Assembly: GCA_018825385.1 (NCBI GenBank)
Contig: JAHJEX010000071.1
Coordinates: forward strand, 1,547-65,546
Origin: Patescibacteria group bacterium
Lineage (GTDB): Bacteria; Patescibacteriota; Patescibacteriia; UM-FILTER-42-10
Direction: 5' to 3'
DNA: 64,000 bases
Positions within the stretch are counted from its first letter, which is position 1; every line of letters starts with the position of its first letter. Shown here one piece after another: positions 48,101 to 56,807 of this stretch. The position numbers and the translations under genes were made by a program. The notes under the pieces were generated by a model, which saw only the letters and a list, made by a program, of their open reading frames with translations, was not told where the DNA came from and did no database searches.

Positions 48101-48122
48101 CGTACTTCTGAGTTTCAGACAT
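45111..48122 (-). CDS. leuS: Leucyl-tRNA synthetase with a ~190-aa alpha/beta-hydrolase (YdeN/RBBP9-like serine hydrolase) domain inserted at about 46203..46784
   Basis: HIGH is present as HVGHPRSY and KMSKS as KMSKSLGN. The CP1 editing domain shows [12 protein letters not shown] and [19 protein letters not shown]. The insert between [20 protein letters not shown] and [18 protein letters not shown] contains VLIIHGTG...LWYGW, the nucleophile elbow [16 protein letters not shown] (Asp) and GRSHF (His). Confidence 0.85.
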   Translation of the reverse strand: [1003 protein letters not shown]

Positions 48123-48481
48123 ATGAAATAAATTCCTTTCAGAACATTGATTAAAACCCCTATTTATGGTTATTTTAGCACTTTTTGAAGACTTTTGAAA
48201 TCGGTTTTTCCTGAAAAAATGGGGATAAAATGAATTTTTTACTAATTATTTTTGCCAACCTTAGCGAAAATATTACCATATATTCAGAAAATAATTTGAC
48301 AAATAGAAGTGGTCGTGATAGCTTACTCAGTATCCTAAATCATCGTGTATTAACAATATGGTTTAGAGATAAAACTATGCAATACTAAAAAACCAACAGC
48401 TATTTTCTAACCGTTAGAACATGGCTTTTAATTTGGGAGAGAACTATTAGTATCCAAATCAAAAAAACGCTTAGTCATATA

Positions 48482-49771
48482 TTGGTAATCTTCTTGAAAG
48501 GATTAATCTATCTCAAGAGAATACTTTTCTTTTTAGGGAAATACATTTTAGCCATACCCATACAAAAAGTAGGAAATTTTGTTTTCTATTTTTTAATTGT
48601 CAGAATGTATAAAGTATATCTCAATATTAAATCTCAGCTTGGATCAATTTACCGTCCCGCAAAAGGAAAATTTCTATATTCGCTTACTACTCGGTATGTT
48701 GTCCATGCAATAATTATTCTTCTTACAATTATTGTTACTACCAGCAATCTAAACGCTAAAGAGCTAAACACTGAAGTTGGACAGAATAATATTCTTGCTA
48801 CTCTTATTCAGCCTCAAAGTGAAGAACTGTATATGGAAACTTCCGAATCTACGACTGAGGGCAATTCAGTATTTACAGAATCGACAGGAAGCGTAGTAAG
48901 TGCACAAACTATTGGCAATGACAAGATTGCATTTGAAGAAAGTGCTTCTATTACCGCTGAGGGGGCAATTGTAAAACCTAACTTAATTGCCACTACTATT
49001 GGTGACCGTGTGCGCGAGTCTGTTATTTATCATGATGTACAACCCGGAGAAACTGTAAGTGAAATTGCATCATTGTACAAAATATCTACTAACACTATCC
49101 TTTGGGAAAATGAACTTGGTGCCAGAGACTTTATTAAGCCAGGGCAACAACTCACAATTCTACCAACCTCCGGCATTTCATATCAGATAAAGTCTGGTGA
49201 TACGCTAGAGAAAATTGCTGATAAATATGGAGTAACGGTAGATGACATAGTCGAATACAATCAACTAGCTTCTGCTGAGGCTATTTCAAAGGACCAAATT
49301 ATCCTCCTGGATGGAGGGGAACCGCCCGCACCACCCGCACCTGCAATACAGCCAAGTTCTCGTTTTGCCTCTGTTTCTGATTTCTTTGTTCCATCTAGTG
49401 CCACACCAACATATGGAACAAAACTGCAGTGGCCAACACCCAGCCATCGTATTAACCAGTACTACGGCTGGCGACACACAGGAATTGATATCGATGGCAC
49501 AACTGCATCACCAAACTACGCTGCCGATACCGGTCGTGTTATCTATTCTGGTTGGTCAGGTGGATATGGATTAATGGTGAAGGTTGATCATGGAAATGGA
49601 ATGCAGACACTTTATGGACATTTTAGCAAAATATTTGTTAATGTTGGTGATACCGTTAGTAGGGGCCAAACGTTGGGAATGATGGGTTGTACAGGTTGGT
49701 GTACTGGAAACCATCTACATTTTGAAGTGATTGTTGGCGGAAGAAAGCAAAACCCACTAAGTTATTTATAA
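48482..49771 (+). CDS. Membrane-anchored LysM-LysM-M23 metallopeptidase (cell-wall endopeptidase)
   Basis: Two LysM repeats read YHDVQPGETVSEIASLYKIS and YQIKSGDTLEKIADKYGVTV. The M23 core reads HTGIDIDG...YGHFSKIFVNVGDTVSRGQTLGMMGCTGWCTGNHLHFEV. Confidence 0.75.
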   Translation: MVIFLKGLIYLKRILFFLGKYILAIPIQKVGNFVFYFLIVRMYKVYLNIKSQLGSIYRPAKGKFLYSLTTRYVVHAIIILLTIIVTTSNLNAKELNTEVGQNNILATLIQPQSEELYMETSESTTEGNSVFTESTGSVVSAQTIGNDKIAFEESASITAEGAIVKPNLIATTIGDRVRESVIYHDVQPGETVSEIASLYKISTNTILWENELGARDFIKPGQQLTILPTSGISYQIKSGDTLEKIADKYGVTVDDIVEYNQLASAEAISKDQIILLDGGEPPAPPAPAIQPSSRFASVSDFFVPSSATPTYGTKLQWPTPSHRINQYYGWRHTGIDIDGTTASPNYAADTGRVIYSGWSGGYGLMVKVDHGNGMQTLYGHFSKIFVNVGDTVSRGQTLGMMGCTGWCTGNHLHFEVIVGGRKQNPLSYL

Positions 49772-49779
49772 ATACAAAA

Positions 49780-49818
49780 GCGCCCCCACACTTATAGTAA
49801 GCGTGGGGGCGCTTTTTT
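49780..49818 (+). terminator. Rho-independent terminator; GC-rich REP-like hairpin gcgcccccacac-ttatagtaa-gcgtgggggcgc followed by T6
   Basis: A perfect 12-bp GC-rich stem plus T-run lies immediately after the stop of the M23 gene. A near-identical element occurs at 61107-61140. Confidence 0.75.
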
Positions 49819-49846
49819 GATTAGGAAATGATATAATAAATCCACT

Positions 49847-50506
49847 ATGGGAAACTTATATACTGTCGCAACACCAATTGGCAATTTAGAAGATATTACC
49901 TTTAGAGCAATCAACATTCTTAAGGAAGTTAACCTTATTGCTTGTGAGGATACAAGGCATACTTTGAAATTGCTAAACCATTATGATATTAGTAAGCCGT
50001 TAATCAGCTACCACCAGCACAGTAAAGTATCTAAAATTGATCATTTGATTGAGGAATTAAAAGCCGGAAAAGATATTGCCATAGTTACTGACGCGGGCAC
50101 ACCTGGCATTTCCGATCCTGGGCAAGTTCTGATCAGCAAAGCTGTGGAAAAAGGAATAAGGGTAATACCAATCCCCGGGCCTTCTGCTGTGATTGCAGCG
50201 CTTTCTGCCGCCGGAGTGCCTACTGATGCATTTATATTTCTAGGATTCCTTCCGCTGAAAAAAGGCAGAAAGAGAATAATTGAATCCTTTAAGGATGAAA
50301 AAAGAACAATTGTTTTGTATGAATCCCCTCATCGAATAGAAAAACTGCTTGGAGAATTAAAAGATGTATTGGAAGATAGAAAAATTGTGGTAGCTCGTGA
50401 ACTGACTAAAATGTTTGAAGAGATAATCAGAGGCACTGTGTCAGAAGTTCAAGAAAGATTAAAAATAATAAAAGGAGAGTTTGTGGTAATAGTCAGTGCA
50501 AAATAA
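49847..50506 (+). CDS. rsmI: 16S rRNA (cytidine1402-2'-O)-methyltransferase
   Basis: LYTVATPIGNLEDITFRAINILKEVNLIACEDTRHTLKLL...ISYHQHS is read from the translation. Confidence 0.8.
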   Translation: MGNLYTVATPIGNLEDITFRAINILKEVNLIACEDTRHTLKLLNHYDISKPLISYHQHSKVSKIDHLIEELKAGKDIAIVTDAGTPGISDPGQVLISKAVEKGIRVIPIPGPSAVIAALSAAGVPTDAFIFLGFLPLKKGRKRIIESFKDEKRTIVLYESPHRIEKLLGELKDVLEDRKIVVARELTKMFEEIIRGTVSEVQERLKIIKGEFVVIVSAK

Positions 50507-50610
50507 AAATGTCATTCTGAATGTCTCGACCGTGCTAGACACGGGCTCATTTCAGAATCTCTGGGGATGCTGAAACAAGTTCAGCATGACCGATGGATAG
50601 ACCATAAGAG

Positions 50611-50650
50611 TATCAAAAAAGAGCCGGGATCTACTTCAGCTCTTTTTTTG
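50611..50650. terminator. Bidirectional terminator hairpin (A-run, aagagc-N14-gctctt, T-run) between convergent genes
   Basis: A-run 50615-50620, stem 50619-50624/50639-50644 and T-run 50642-50648. Additional small hairpins at 50513-50560 (attctgaa paired with ttcagaat). Confidence 0.5.
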
Positions 50651-50657
50651 CTTCTGA

Positions 50658-51578
50658 CTATTCAGTGAATTGGAAGCTTGCGCGCACCTTCTCTTCTGTT
50701 GAGTCAATCTCCTGATCACCAAGGAATTCAAGACCAAGATACTGTTCAGCTACAGGAACTACATCAGCAACAGTTTCAGATCCACAACTTGGGCCGTCAC
50801 AATACTGATAAATAAAACGATTACCATTAATACCACCCAGAGAAATTACACTATCAGCTGAATTATCAAACCATGTAGGATATTCAGAACGAATTCTAGT
50901 CGAAAGAGTGCTTTGCCCTGTTTCGTCCGTCCAGTAGACATTCTCATTCGTGCTCATTTCAATAATATCCCAATCAGGCGGATAATTTAATGTGTATCCA
51001 TACACATTATTTGTATATGTCTGCCAATCATCAGTTCCAGAAGAATCAATTACTACGGTATTAGTATTAACGGTTGATTCTTCTTCTACTTTCAAACACC
51101 GACCGTCAATACATTGTGCCTCATATTGTGCATATGATTCATCATAATAACATGGGCTAAATGAAACTGGACATTTTGGAGATGCATTACAATTTGATTC
51201 AAATTCGTCAAGATAAGATTCAAACGATTCATTATTTACACTAATCCATCTATCATCACTGCGTGTAGTACAATTGGGTAATTTAGTACAACACGGGAAG
51301 TACTTATTTGTCTCAGTAAATGCAAGCGTACAGTCATCATCAACTAAGCACGAGGTTGAGACTGAAGTAAGATTACTGTCCTTAATACTGCTGGTGTTAA
51401 CATTTACTTCTTCATTAGTGTTCTGATTCACGATTTTTGAATTACTATTTATAGCACTAGTAGTCTCACTAGAATCATTTTGAGCAACAATATACCATAT
51501 ACCCCCTCCAGTAATTGCCAATATTAGAACAATAATAACTGCAGCTACTACAGGAGTCAGTCCTTTTTGATTGAGCAT
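50658..51578 (-). CDS. Secreted/TM-anchored Cys-rich protein with a W-x-x-Y-T-N domain; paralog family member 1
   Basis: TM LTPVVAAVIIVLILAITGGGIWYIV. Cys-rich middle. DDWQTYTNNVYGYTLNYPPDW. Confidence 0.4.
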   Translation of the reverse strand: MLNQKGLTPVVAAVIIVLILAITGGGIWYIVAQNDSSETTSAINSNSKIVNQNTNEEVNVNTSSIKDSNLTSVSTSCLVDDDCTLAFTETNKYFPCCTKLPNCTTRSDDRWISVNNESFESYLDEFESNCNASPKCPVSFSPCYYDESYAQYEAQCIDGRCLKVEEESTVNTNTVVIDSSGTDDWQTYTNNVYGYTLNYPPDWDIIEMSTNENVYWTDETGQSTLSTRIRSEYPTWFDNSADSVISLGGINGNRFIYQYCDGPSCGSETVADVVPVAEQYLGLEFLGDQEIDSTEEKVRASFQFTE

Positions 51579-51596
51579 AGTTTTGGGTTTTTATAC

Positions 51597-52376
51597 TTAG
51601 TTTGTGAATTGGAAGGTTTCCAGTAATTCAGAACCATAATTAAGCTGCTCTGTATTGTTGTCAGGCAGAACAACACGATATTGTACACCATTGTTTTCCA
51701 GATAAACCGAGGTCCACTGTCCATATGGACCATCAAAAACATTCTTCGTGCCTTGAACTCCATTAACATTAATTTCCTCTGAAGAAATCAAACTCACTTC
51801 AGGTGAGTCTAAAACTGAAGTAGAATCGTCACTCTGGTATGTCACAACCACTGCATATATATCGTCTGGATATCCTTCCGAAGCAAGTGGCATAAAATCC
51901 ATATAATCAGCACGATTCCAAAAGCTGGTTTGCCATCCATTTTCGTCTTCAGCACCAGTAGTAGAATCCGTCCTTACGATCAAAGCGTTGGAAGGGTATT
52001 GGATAGACCAGCCTTGTGTCTGATTGGTATAGGTTTCCCAGTTATCGGCCGTAGAAGTATTAGTATCTACCTCTACGGTGGTGTTAGTATTTGCTTCACT
52101 ATTTACGTTTTGATTTAATTCCACGTTAGTATTAGTGATAACTTCCGTAAAAGTTACCCCCTCCACTGAACACTGCCTCGGGTAACTTTCCATAGCAGGA
52201 TTTCCGGCTGCAATACAATCTTCAAATGAATCAATTACTGTAGTAGCATTGGTGTTTGTAGCAGTATCATCTGAATTAACAAAGAAAAACCACCAAACAC
52301 CTAAAAAAACAACCGCAGCTGCTACAAATGATAATACTGCAATTATAATATGGGTAAACCCTTTTTGGTTAATCAT
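51597..52376 (-). CDS. Secreted/TM-anchored protein with a W-x-x-Y-T-N domain; paralog family member 2
   Basis: TM FTHIIIAVLSFVAAAVVFLGVWWFFFV. DNWETYTNQTQGWSIQYPSN. Confidence 0.4.
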   Translation of the reverse strand: MINQKGFTHIIIAVLSFVAAAVVFLGVWWFFFVNSDDTATNTNATTVIDSFEDCIAAGNPAMESYPRQCSVEGVTFTEVITNTNVELNQNVNSEANTNTTVEVDTNTSTADNWETYTNQTQGWSIQYPSNALIVRTDSTTGAEDENGWQTSFWNRADYMDFMPLASEGYPDDIYAVVVTYQSDDSTSVLDSPEVSLISSEEINVNGVQGTKNVFDGPYGQWTSVYLENNGVQYRVVLPDNNTEQLNYGSELLETFQFTN

Positions 52377-52386
52377 TTTTTGCTAA

Positions 52387-53544
52387 TTAATTGTTGATTA
52401 GTTGAAATGAATTATAAAATGTTTCAAATTCGGCATTACGTCCCGCACCGTCATTAATAGCATAAAGCGTATCACTGTCTTCTAGGAAGATTTGTATGTG
52501 TTGCCAGCCGATTATTGTTTCAGTAGTGACCGTTACCTTTGTTGCTTGTTTCCCTCCAACTGTAATTCTTTCCCTTATTTCCTTACGATCAGAAAACTGA
52601 TCACCCATTTTTGCAATCAAAGCATCTTCACCGGTTGAATTGGCACTATAGAGTAAAACAGACCACAAACTGTCACTAATTATTTCTGGCGCAGAAAAAG
52701 TAATAGTTTCTAAAGCAAGATCTGAACCAGATATATCAGCCCGTGCTTCCCATCCACTGGGGTATTGCAATGCAAAATTAGTGTGCGTATATGACTGCCA
52801 ATCATTCTCATCTGATTTGCTTACTAATTTGAATGCTACTATGATATCTTCAAAAATTGGGTAATTAGTATCATCAGAAGCGTTCAGGTCATAGATCCTT
52901 CCATCAAACTCCACTACATAATGGACTCTATTTAAACCAATGGCTGTGCTAAAAACCAGTTTTCTTCCTTTTTGTTGTGAAATTGTAATTTCCTCATCAG
53001 ATATTGGTATGCCGTCTGATAACTGATAGTCTACATTCGTAGATGAAGGCGGATCAATATAGGATATCTGCAAATTATTTACATATGTAGCGACTGTTTG
53101 CTCCGATATTCTGATATTGATAAGTGGCAAGGAAGAGTTTTCAGAAGACCCTATCCATATATCTTCATCATTACTGTCATCATGTATAGAAAAATTAGAG
53201 GGATAGAGAAAAGTAAATCTTTTGTTTTCATCTGTATATTCCTGCCAATTATCTGGAACAGTAGAACTATTAATATTAGCATTGGCTTTGACCTTCGCGC
53301 ATTCACAGCTACATGCACCATTTATTAGTTTATAACTACTGACTGTCCCTGTTTCACAAACCGCTTCTTCCTGACATTTACCAATGCATTCTGTTATTAT
53401 ATTCTTTGAAGGATCCAGATTCTCTTCCACATAATTATTGAAATACCACAAAACACCAAAAGCCAAACCGGTAACTATGGCAACCATGATAAATGCAATA
53501 GAAACTGCGAGAAAAATGTGAATGTAGTTTGTTTGACCCTTCAT
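52387..53544 (-). CDS. Secreted/TM-anchored protein with two W-x-x-Y-T-(D/H) domains; paralog family member 3
   Basis: TM IHIFLAVSIAFIMVAIVTGLAFGVLWYF. DNWQEYTDENKRFTFLYPSNF and NDWQSYTHTNFALQYPSGW. Confidence 0.4.
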   Translation of the reverse strand: MKGQTNYIHIFLAVSIAFIMVAIVTGLAFGVLWYFNNYVEENLDPSKNIITECIGKCQEEAVCETGTVSSYKLINGACSCECAKVKANANINSSTVPDNWQEYTDENKRFTFLYPSNFSIHDDSNDEDIWIGSSENSSLPLINIRISEQTVATYVNNLQISYIDPPSSTNVDYQLSDGIPISDEEITISQQKGRKLVFSTAIGLNRVHYVVEFDGRIYDLNASDDTNYPIFEDIIVAFKLVSKSDENDWQSYTHTNFALQYPSGWEARADISGSDLALETITFSAPEIISDSLWSVLLYSANSTGEDALIAKMGDQFSDRKEIRERITVGGKQATKVTVTTETIIGWQHIQIFLEDSDTLYAINDGAGRNAEFETFYNSFQLINN

Positions 53545-53593
53545 GTTGTGATGGTAAATATACTCCTTCAGTATATACCATTTATTCTATTTC

Positions 53594-55114
53594 TTACAGC
53601 TTCATTCTGTACTGCAGAGCTTCGGCAATATGTTGAGTTTGAATTTTTTCTTCCTGCTCTATGTCAGCGATAGTTCTGGCCACTTTCAAAACTCTAAAAT
53701 ATGCGCGTGCTGATAGTGGAAATTTTTCTACAGCTTGCTTTAGAAGAGCTTGGGCCTCTTTGTTTGCATGGCAATAGCGAATTATCTCTTTTTGAGTCAT
53801 TTCAGAATTTTCCAGTAATCCACTTTCCTGTAAACGGTTCCTTTGGATGGATCGTGCTTTTCTGGTTTTTTCTCTAATTTCAATTGTCTCCTGGAGTGAG
53901 CTAGGTTTTTTTACAAGTTCAGAAAATTCTACTCTGGCCACTTCCACTTGCAAATCCATTCTGTCTAATAACGGTCCGGATATTCTTTTTTGATAATTTA
54001 TAATTTGGTTTGGAGAACATCGACACTCTTGTTTGGGATCAGAAATAAAACCGCATGGGCAAGGATTAGCAGCAGTGATTAACATAAACTTTGCCGGAAA
54101 TTGTATTGTTCCAGAGACCCTAGAGACTGTTACTTTCCCATCCTCCAAAGGTTGGCGAAGGCTTTCCAAAACAATTCTTGGAAATTCCGGAAGCTCATCC
54201 AGAAAAAGTACTCCTCTGTGAGATAAGGAAATTTCTCCCGGCTTTGGGGATATGCCACCGCCAATCAGAGCAGCGGCAGATGCGCTGTGATGTGGACTAC
54301 GAAAAGGTCGCTTAGTAATTAAAGATCCACCTTCAGCAAGCATTTTAACTACACTGTAAATTCTTGTTACTTCCAACATTTCTGAACTCTCCAAGGCCGG
54401 AAGAATTGAAATTATACTTCTGGCTAGCATAGTTTTTCCAGTACCTGGAGGACCGGTCATAAAGAGGTTATGCCCTCCTGCTGCGGCAATAGTAAGAGCC
54501 CGCTTTGCAAACTCTTGGCCTCTCACATGAGAAAAGGTGTCGTCTATATTCCCGTCTTCTTTTTGCTTGGCAATATAGTATGGCGTTGGCATAACTACCC
54601 GTTTCTTTTTGAGGTGATTTACTAGCTGAATAAGTGATGAAATGGGAAAAACATTCACTCCAGAAATAACACGCGCCTCTTCTATATTTTCTGCAGGGAG
54701 AAATATGTTTTTGATATTGTTTTGTTTAGCCATCATGACAACTGATAAAACACCGCTAATCCTGCGAACATTTCCATCTAATGCCAACTCTCCGATAAAT
54801 ACTGACTTTTCACAGGGAAGATCTAAATCTACACCCCTTGTCGCCAGAAGTATTCCTAAAGCTATTGGCAAATCAAAAGATGACCCTTCTTTTTTTAGAT
54901 CAGCAGGTGCCAAATTCACAGTTACTCTTGTTTTGGGAAAGGGAAAGCCGCTGTTAATAATGGCCGATCGAACCCTTATTTTTGCTTCCTGAACAGCTGC
55001 ATCCGGTAATCCTACAACAATCAAATTGGGAAGCCCAGAAGCAACGTCCACCTCTATTTCAATGATTTGGCTCTCTATGCCGATTAAGGCAGCAGAATAT
55101 AATTTTGATGGCAT
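53594..55114 (-). CDS. comM: YifB/ComM-family Mg-chelatase-like AAA+ ATPase
   Basis: YSAALIGIESQIIEIEVDVASGLPNLIVVGLPDAAVQEAKIRV is read from the N-terminus. Walker A reads GPPGTGKT. Confidence 0.75.
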   Translation of the reverse strand: MPSKLYSAALIGIESQIIEIEVDVASGLPNLIVVGLPDAAVQEAKIRVRSAIINSGFPFPKTRVTVNLAPADLKKEGSSFDLPIALGILLATRGVDLDLPCEKSVFIGELALDGNVRRISGVLSVVMMAKQNNIKNIFLPAENIEEARVISGVNVFPISSLIQLVNHLKKKRVVMPTPYYIAKQKEDGNIDDTFSHVRGQEFAKRALTIAAAGGHNLFMTGPPGTGKTMLARSIISILPALESSEMLEVTRIYSVVKMLAEGGSLITKRPFRSPHHSASAAALIGGGISPKPGEISLSHRGVLFLDELPEFPRIVLESLRQPLEDGKVTVSRVSGTIQFPAKFMLITAANPCPCGFISDPKQECRCSPNQIINYQKRISGPLLDRMDLQVEVARVEFSELVKKPSSLQETIEIREKTRKARSIQRNRLQESGLLENSEMTQKEIIRYCHANKEAQALLKQAVEKFPLSARAYFRVLKVARTIADIEQEEKIQTQHIAEALQYRMKL

Positions 55115-55137
55115 TTTAAATTTAATAAATAAAAACA

Positions 55138-55168
55138 GGCGCTAAGAACGCCCATTTGTTCGCATTTA
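55138..55168 (-). terminator. Weak hairpin plus T-run after pckA
   Basis: The minus-strand sequence reads gggcgttcttagcgcc followed by tgttttta. The stem is only 4-5 bp. Confidence 0.25.
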
Positions 55169-55208
55169 TTACCTGTATAGTATCACTCCGTGGACCATCC
55201 AGTCAAGC

Positions 55209-56807
55209 TTATATTGGTCCAGCTGATCGGATCTCATCTGGAGCTTCTTTAAATTTTTCAAAATTATCCTTAAATAGCTTTGCCAATTCTCTCGCCTTTT
55301 TTTCATAACTACTTTTATCTTCCCAGGTATTAATTGGATTCAGAATTTCTGAAGGAACTGACGGACATGTTTTAGGCATATCCAGATTGAATAAAGGATG
55401 TTTTTGATATTCAATCTTTTCTAACTCCCCCTCTAAGGCAGCGGTCACCATTGCTCTAGTAAGTTTTATTGAAATTCTTTCACCAGTTCCATAAGGGCCG
55501 CCAGACCAGCCAGTATTGATTAAAAAAACATTCGCGCCATACTTAGAGATATATTTCCTTAACAGGCTAGCATAGATCATTGGTTTCGAAGGCATGAATG
55601 GTTCGCCAAAAAAAGCAGAGAAAGTTGCCTGCGGCTCTTTGATTCCTCTTTCTGTTCCGGCCAGCTTGCTGGTATAACCGGACATAAAATGATACATAGC
55701 CTGCTCATGATTTAGTTTTGAAACAGGAGGAAGAACACCAAAGGCATCTGCAGTAAGAAAGATAATGGTTTTTGGATGTCCACCCATACCAGACAGTTCT
55801 GCATTGGGTATAAAATCAACTGGATACGCAACTCTGGTATTTTCAGTCATGGAAGAATCTGCAAAATCATATTCTTTAGTTTTGGGATCCATTACAACAT
55901 TTTCCACAACTGCACCAGTTTTAATGGCATCATATATTTGCGGTTCGTTTTCTCTAGTTAGATTAATACACTTAGCATAACAACCTCCTTCAAAATTAAA
56001 TATACCTTCCGGAGACCAGCCGTGTTCATCGTCTCCAATTAATTTGCGGTTAGGATCAGCAGATAAAGTAGTTTTTCCCGTACCAGAAAGTCCAAAGAAA
56101 AGAGCAGTGGCACCGTCTTTGCCGATATTTGCCGAGCAATGCATCGGAAGAATATCTTTCTGGGGTAGAAGATAGTTCATTACTGTAAACAAAGATTTTT
56201 TTATTTCACCGGTGTATCGAGAAGTTCCAATTAATACAATTTTTTCTTTAAAATTGATTAAAATAAACGCTTTAGAATTAACACCATGTTCTTTAGGATC
56301 AGCTTCACAATTCGGTGCAACCAAAACTGTAAATCCAGGGTTGTGTGACGACAATTCTTCTGATGTGGGCCTTCGCAAAAGTTGTCCAATAGCAAGATTG
56401 TGATAAGCAAATTCATTTACTACCTTTACCGGTAGTGAATGCCTAGGATCTGCTCCGATAAATCCGTCAAAAATAAATAACTCCTTAGCTTTTGAAAGAT
56501 GACTAATCATATGATTATAGAGTCTTTTGTAATTCTCAAAAGAAATAGGTATATTTGTTTTTCCCCAGTTTATTTTGTCATGCACCAAAGGATCATCTAC
56601 GATAAAGCGGTCATCTGGAGAGCGACCGGTATATTTACCGGTTTTTACTGTGAGTGCCCCGGTTTTATTTAGTTCTCCCTCTTCCCGCTCGAGAGACTTT
56701 TTTAATGATTTATCAACACTAATATTTTTATGAAGTTTTCCCTTAAACTTAATTCCTAGTTGTTTTAGTCGAGTAGGCATATTATTTTTCTTTATCCTGA
56801 CAGGCAA
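55209..56807 (-). CDS. pckA: Phosphoenolpyruvate carboxykinase (ATP)
   Basis: GLSGTGKTTLSADPNRKLIGDDEHGWS is read from the translation. The length is 532 aa. Confidence 0.8.
   Translation of the reverse strand: MPVRIKKNNMPTRLKQLGIKFKGKLHKNISVDKSLKKSLEREEGELNKTGALTVKTGKYTGRSPDDRFIVDDPLVHDKINWGKTNIPISFENYKRLYNHMISHLSKAKELFIFDGFIGADPRHSLPVKVVNEFAYHNLAIGQLLRRPTSEELSSHNPGFTVLVAPNCEADPKEHGVNSKAFILINFKEKIVLIGTSRYTGEIKKSLFTVMNYLLPQKDILPMHCSANIGKDGATALFFGLSGTGKTTLSADPNRKLIGDDEHGWSPEGIFNFEGGCYAKCINLTRENEPQIYDAIKTGAVVENVVMDPKTKEYDFADSSMTENTRVAYPVDFIPNAELSGMGGHPKTIIFLTADAFGVLPPVSKLNHEQAMYHFMSGYTSKLAGTERGIKEPQATFSAFFGEPFMPSKPMIYASLLRKYISKYGANVFLINTGWSGGPYGTGERISIKLTRAMVTAALEGELEKIEYQKHPLFNLDMPKTCPSVPSEILNPINTWEDKSSYEKKARELAKLFKDNFEKFKEAPDEIRSAGPI

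Noticed and set aside
48123-48481. 359-bp intergenic region upstream of the LysM-M23 gene checked for tRNA or ncRNA
   Set aside because: It is AT-rich with no GC-rich stems, cloverleaf-compatible palindromes or conserved T-loop (GTTCRANTCC) sequences. It is most likely a promoter or leader region only.
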